Source of the DNA: Gemmatimonadota bacterium
GTDB lineage: Bacteria; Gemmatimonadota; Gemmatimonadetes; Gemmatimonadales; Gemmatimonadaceae
Assembly: GCA_031372565.1 (NCBI GenBank)
Contig: JANMLN010000190.1
Location: 1-14,035, forward strand
Direction of reading: 5' to 3'
DNA: 14,035 bases
In this document: positions 13,463-14,035 of the stretch, piece after piece
Layout: the number at the start of each line of letters is the position of its first letter
Numbering within the stretch: the stretch's first letter is position 1
Notes under the pieces: generated by a model
What the model saw: only the letters and a program-made list of their open reading frames with translations
Database searches by the model: none
What the model was told of the DNA's origin: nothing
Program-made: the position numbers and the translations under genes

Positions 13463-14035
13463 CCCCCGACCCGCGCCGCACCCGAGGCGCGGTCGTGTTC
13501 GTGGCGGGTCTGCTGGCGGGCCTCGGCATGGCGTGGCTCCTGAACGGCGATGGCACGAGCGACCACGCGGTGCCGGCGTTGTCCCGCACCGGCGCTGCGC
13601 CACGCGGCACAACCCTCGAAGCGCTGAGCTTCCGAGACACGTTGGGTCGCCGGATCGACCTCGCACAAGCTGGCGTGCCGCAGGTGGTCATGATCTCGTC
13701 GACCACCTGCGCCGTCTGCCGAGTGGCGCTCGCCGATTTTCGCGCGGACGCCGTCCGCGGCGCGCTCTCGCGCCTGGTGATCGTGACGATCGAAGGTGCC
13801 GACAGCGGGGCGGTCGAGCTGCGCGCGATCGGTGTGCAGCCGGGCGCGATTCTCGGTCCGGCCGACGAGGGCGCTCGCACCACGCTCACCTTCCAGTTTC
13901 CGGGCACGCCGGTGTTCATGGCGCTCGATAGCGCGGCGCGCGTCGTCGCCGCGCTCCCGGGATATCCTGGGCGCGAGGCGATGGTCTCGTGGGTGGACGT
14001 GATGGCGGGACGCCGCGTGCGTCCGGACACGGCCG
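13459..14035 (+). CDS. Membrane-anchored thioredoxin-fold (TlpA/ResA-like) thiol-disulfide oxidoreductase, 3'-truncated by the window edge
   Basis: My manual translation, absent from the ORF track: MTPDPRRTRGAVVFVAGLLAGLGMAWLL (TM anchor)...LSFRDTLGRRIDL...QVVMISSTTCAVCRVAL (CxxC at 13708-13719)...LVIVTIE...FPGTPVFMALDSAARVV (cis-Pro loop GTP at 13903-13911)...GYPG. The frame is open to the window end and has a GTGA overlap with the previous stop. Confidence 0.82.
   Translation, partial: MTPDPRRTRGAVVFVAGLLAGLGMAWLLNGDGTSDHAVPALSRTGAAPRGTTLEALSFRDTLGRRIDLAQAGVPQVVMISSTTCAVCRVALADFRADAVRGALSRLVIVTIEGADSGAVELRAIGVQPGAILGPADEGARTTLTFQFPGTPVFMALDSAARVVAALPGYPGREAMVSWVDVMAGRRVRPDTA

Noticed and set aside
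12089..14030. Minus-strand ORFs 12089-13666 and 13317-14030, and plus-strand ORF 13533-13931
   Set aside because: The coupled plus-strand genes, including the frame-1 thioredoxin from 13459, explain the region. These alternatives have no motifs.
1..14035. CRISPR arrays, tRNA/rRNA, IS elements, integrases, tandem DNA repeats, intrinsic terminators
   Set aside because: None seen by eye. Intergenic gaps are short and contain no regularly spaced repeats, cloverleaf patterns or hairpin-plus-U tracts. A covariance-model scan would be needed to exclude small RNAs.

Overview
GC-rich bacterial DNA, almost fully coding. A Gemmatimonadota-like origin is my impression only, not established. I call 14 protein genes, two cut by the window edges, plus one doubtful small ORF. 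In order: (1) a GTGA-coupled pair, the C-terminal part of a gluconate-2-dehydrogenase subunit-3-like protein and a GMC flavoprotein with a CX2CX2CX4C cluster; (2) a cytoplasmic PAS-HisKA-HATPase hybrid kinase whose receiver domain lacks the phospho-acceptor Asp; (3) a secreted amidohydrolase; (4) a minus-strand copper/heme-protein maturation cluster, SCO -> PCu(A)C -> CtaG-like -> CcmH-like -> secreted beta-propeller/NTF2(SnoaL)-like fusion, in which several canonical motifs are altered; (5) a coupled SDR + HSL-family esterase pair; (6) a divergent three-gene envelope operon: a predicted beta-barrel with a Pro/Ala stalk, a secreted helical protein, and a membrane-anchored CxxC thioredoxin that the ORF track missed. 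Three genes start exactly 6 nt after a TANNNT hexamer with no Shine-Dalgarno, suggesting leaderless mRNAs; in one case the hexamer contains the upstream stop codon. I saw no RNA genes, CRISPR arrays, mobile elements or convincing intrinsic terminators. The best candidates for an undescribed system are clusters (4) and (6). All family assignments come from motif recognition by eye, not database searches.
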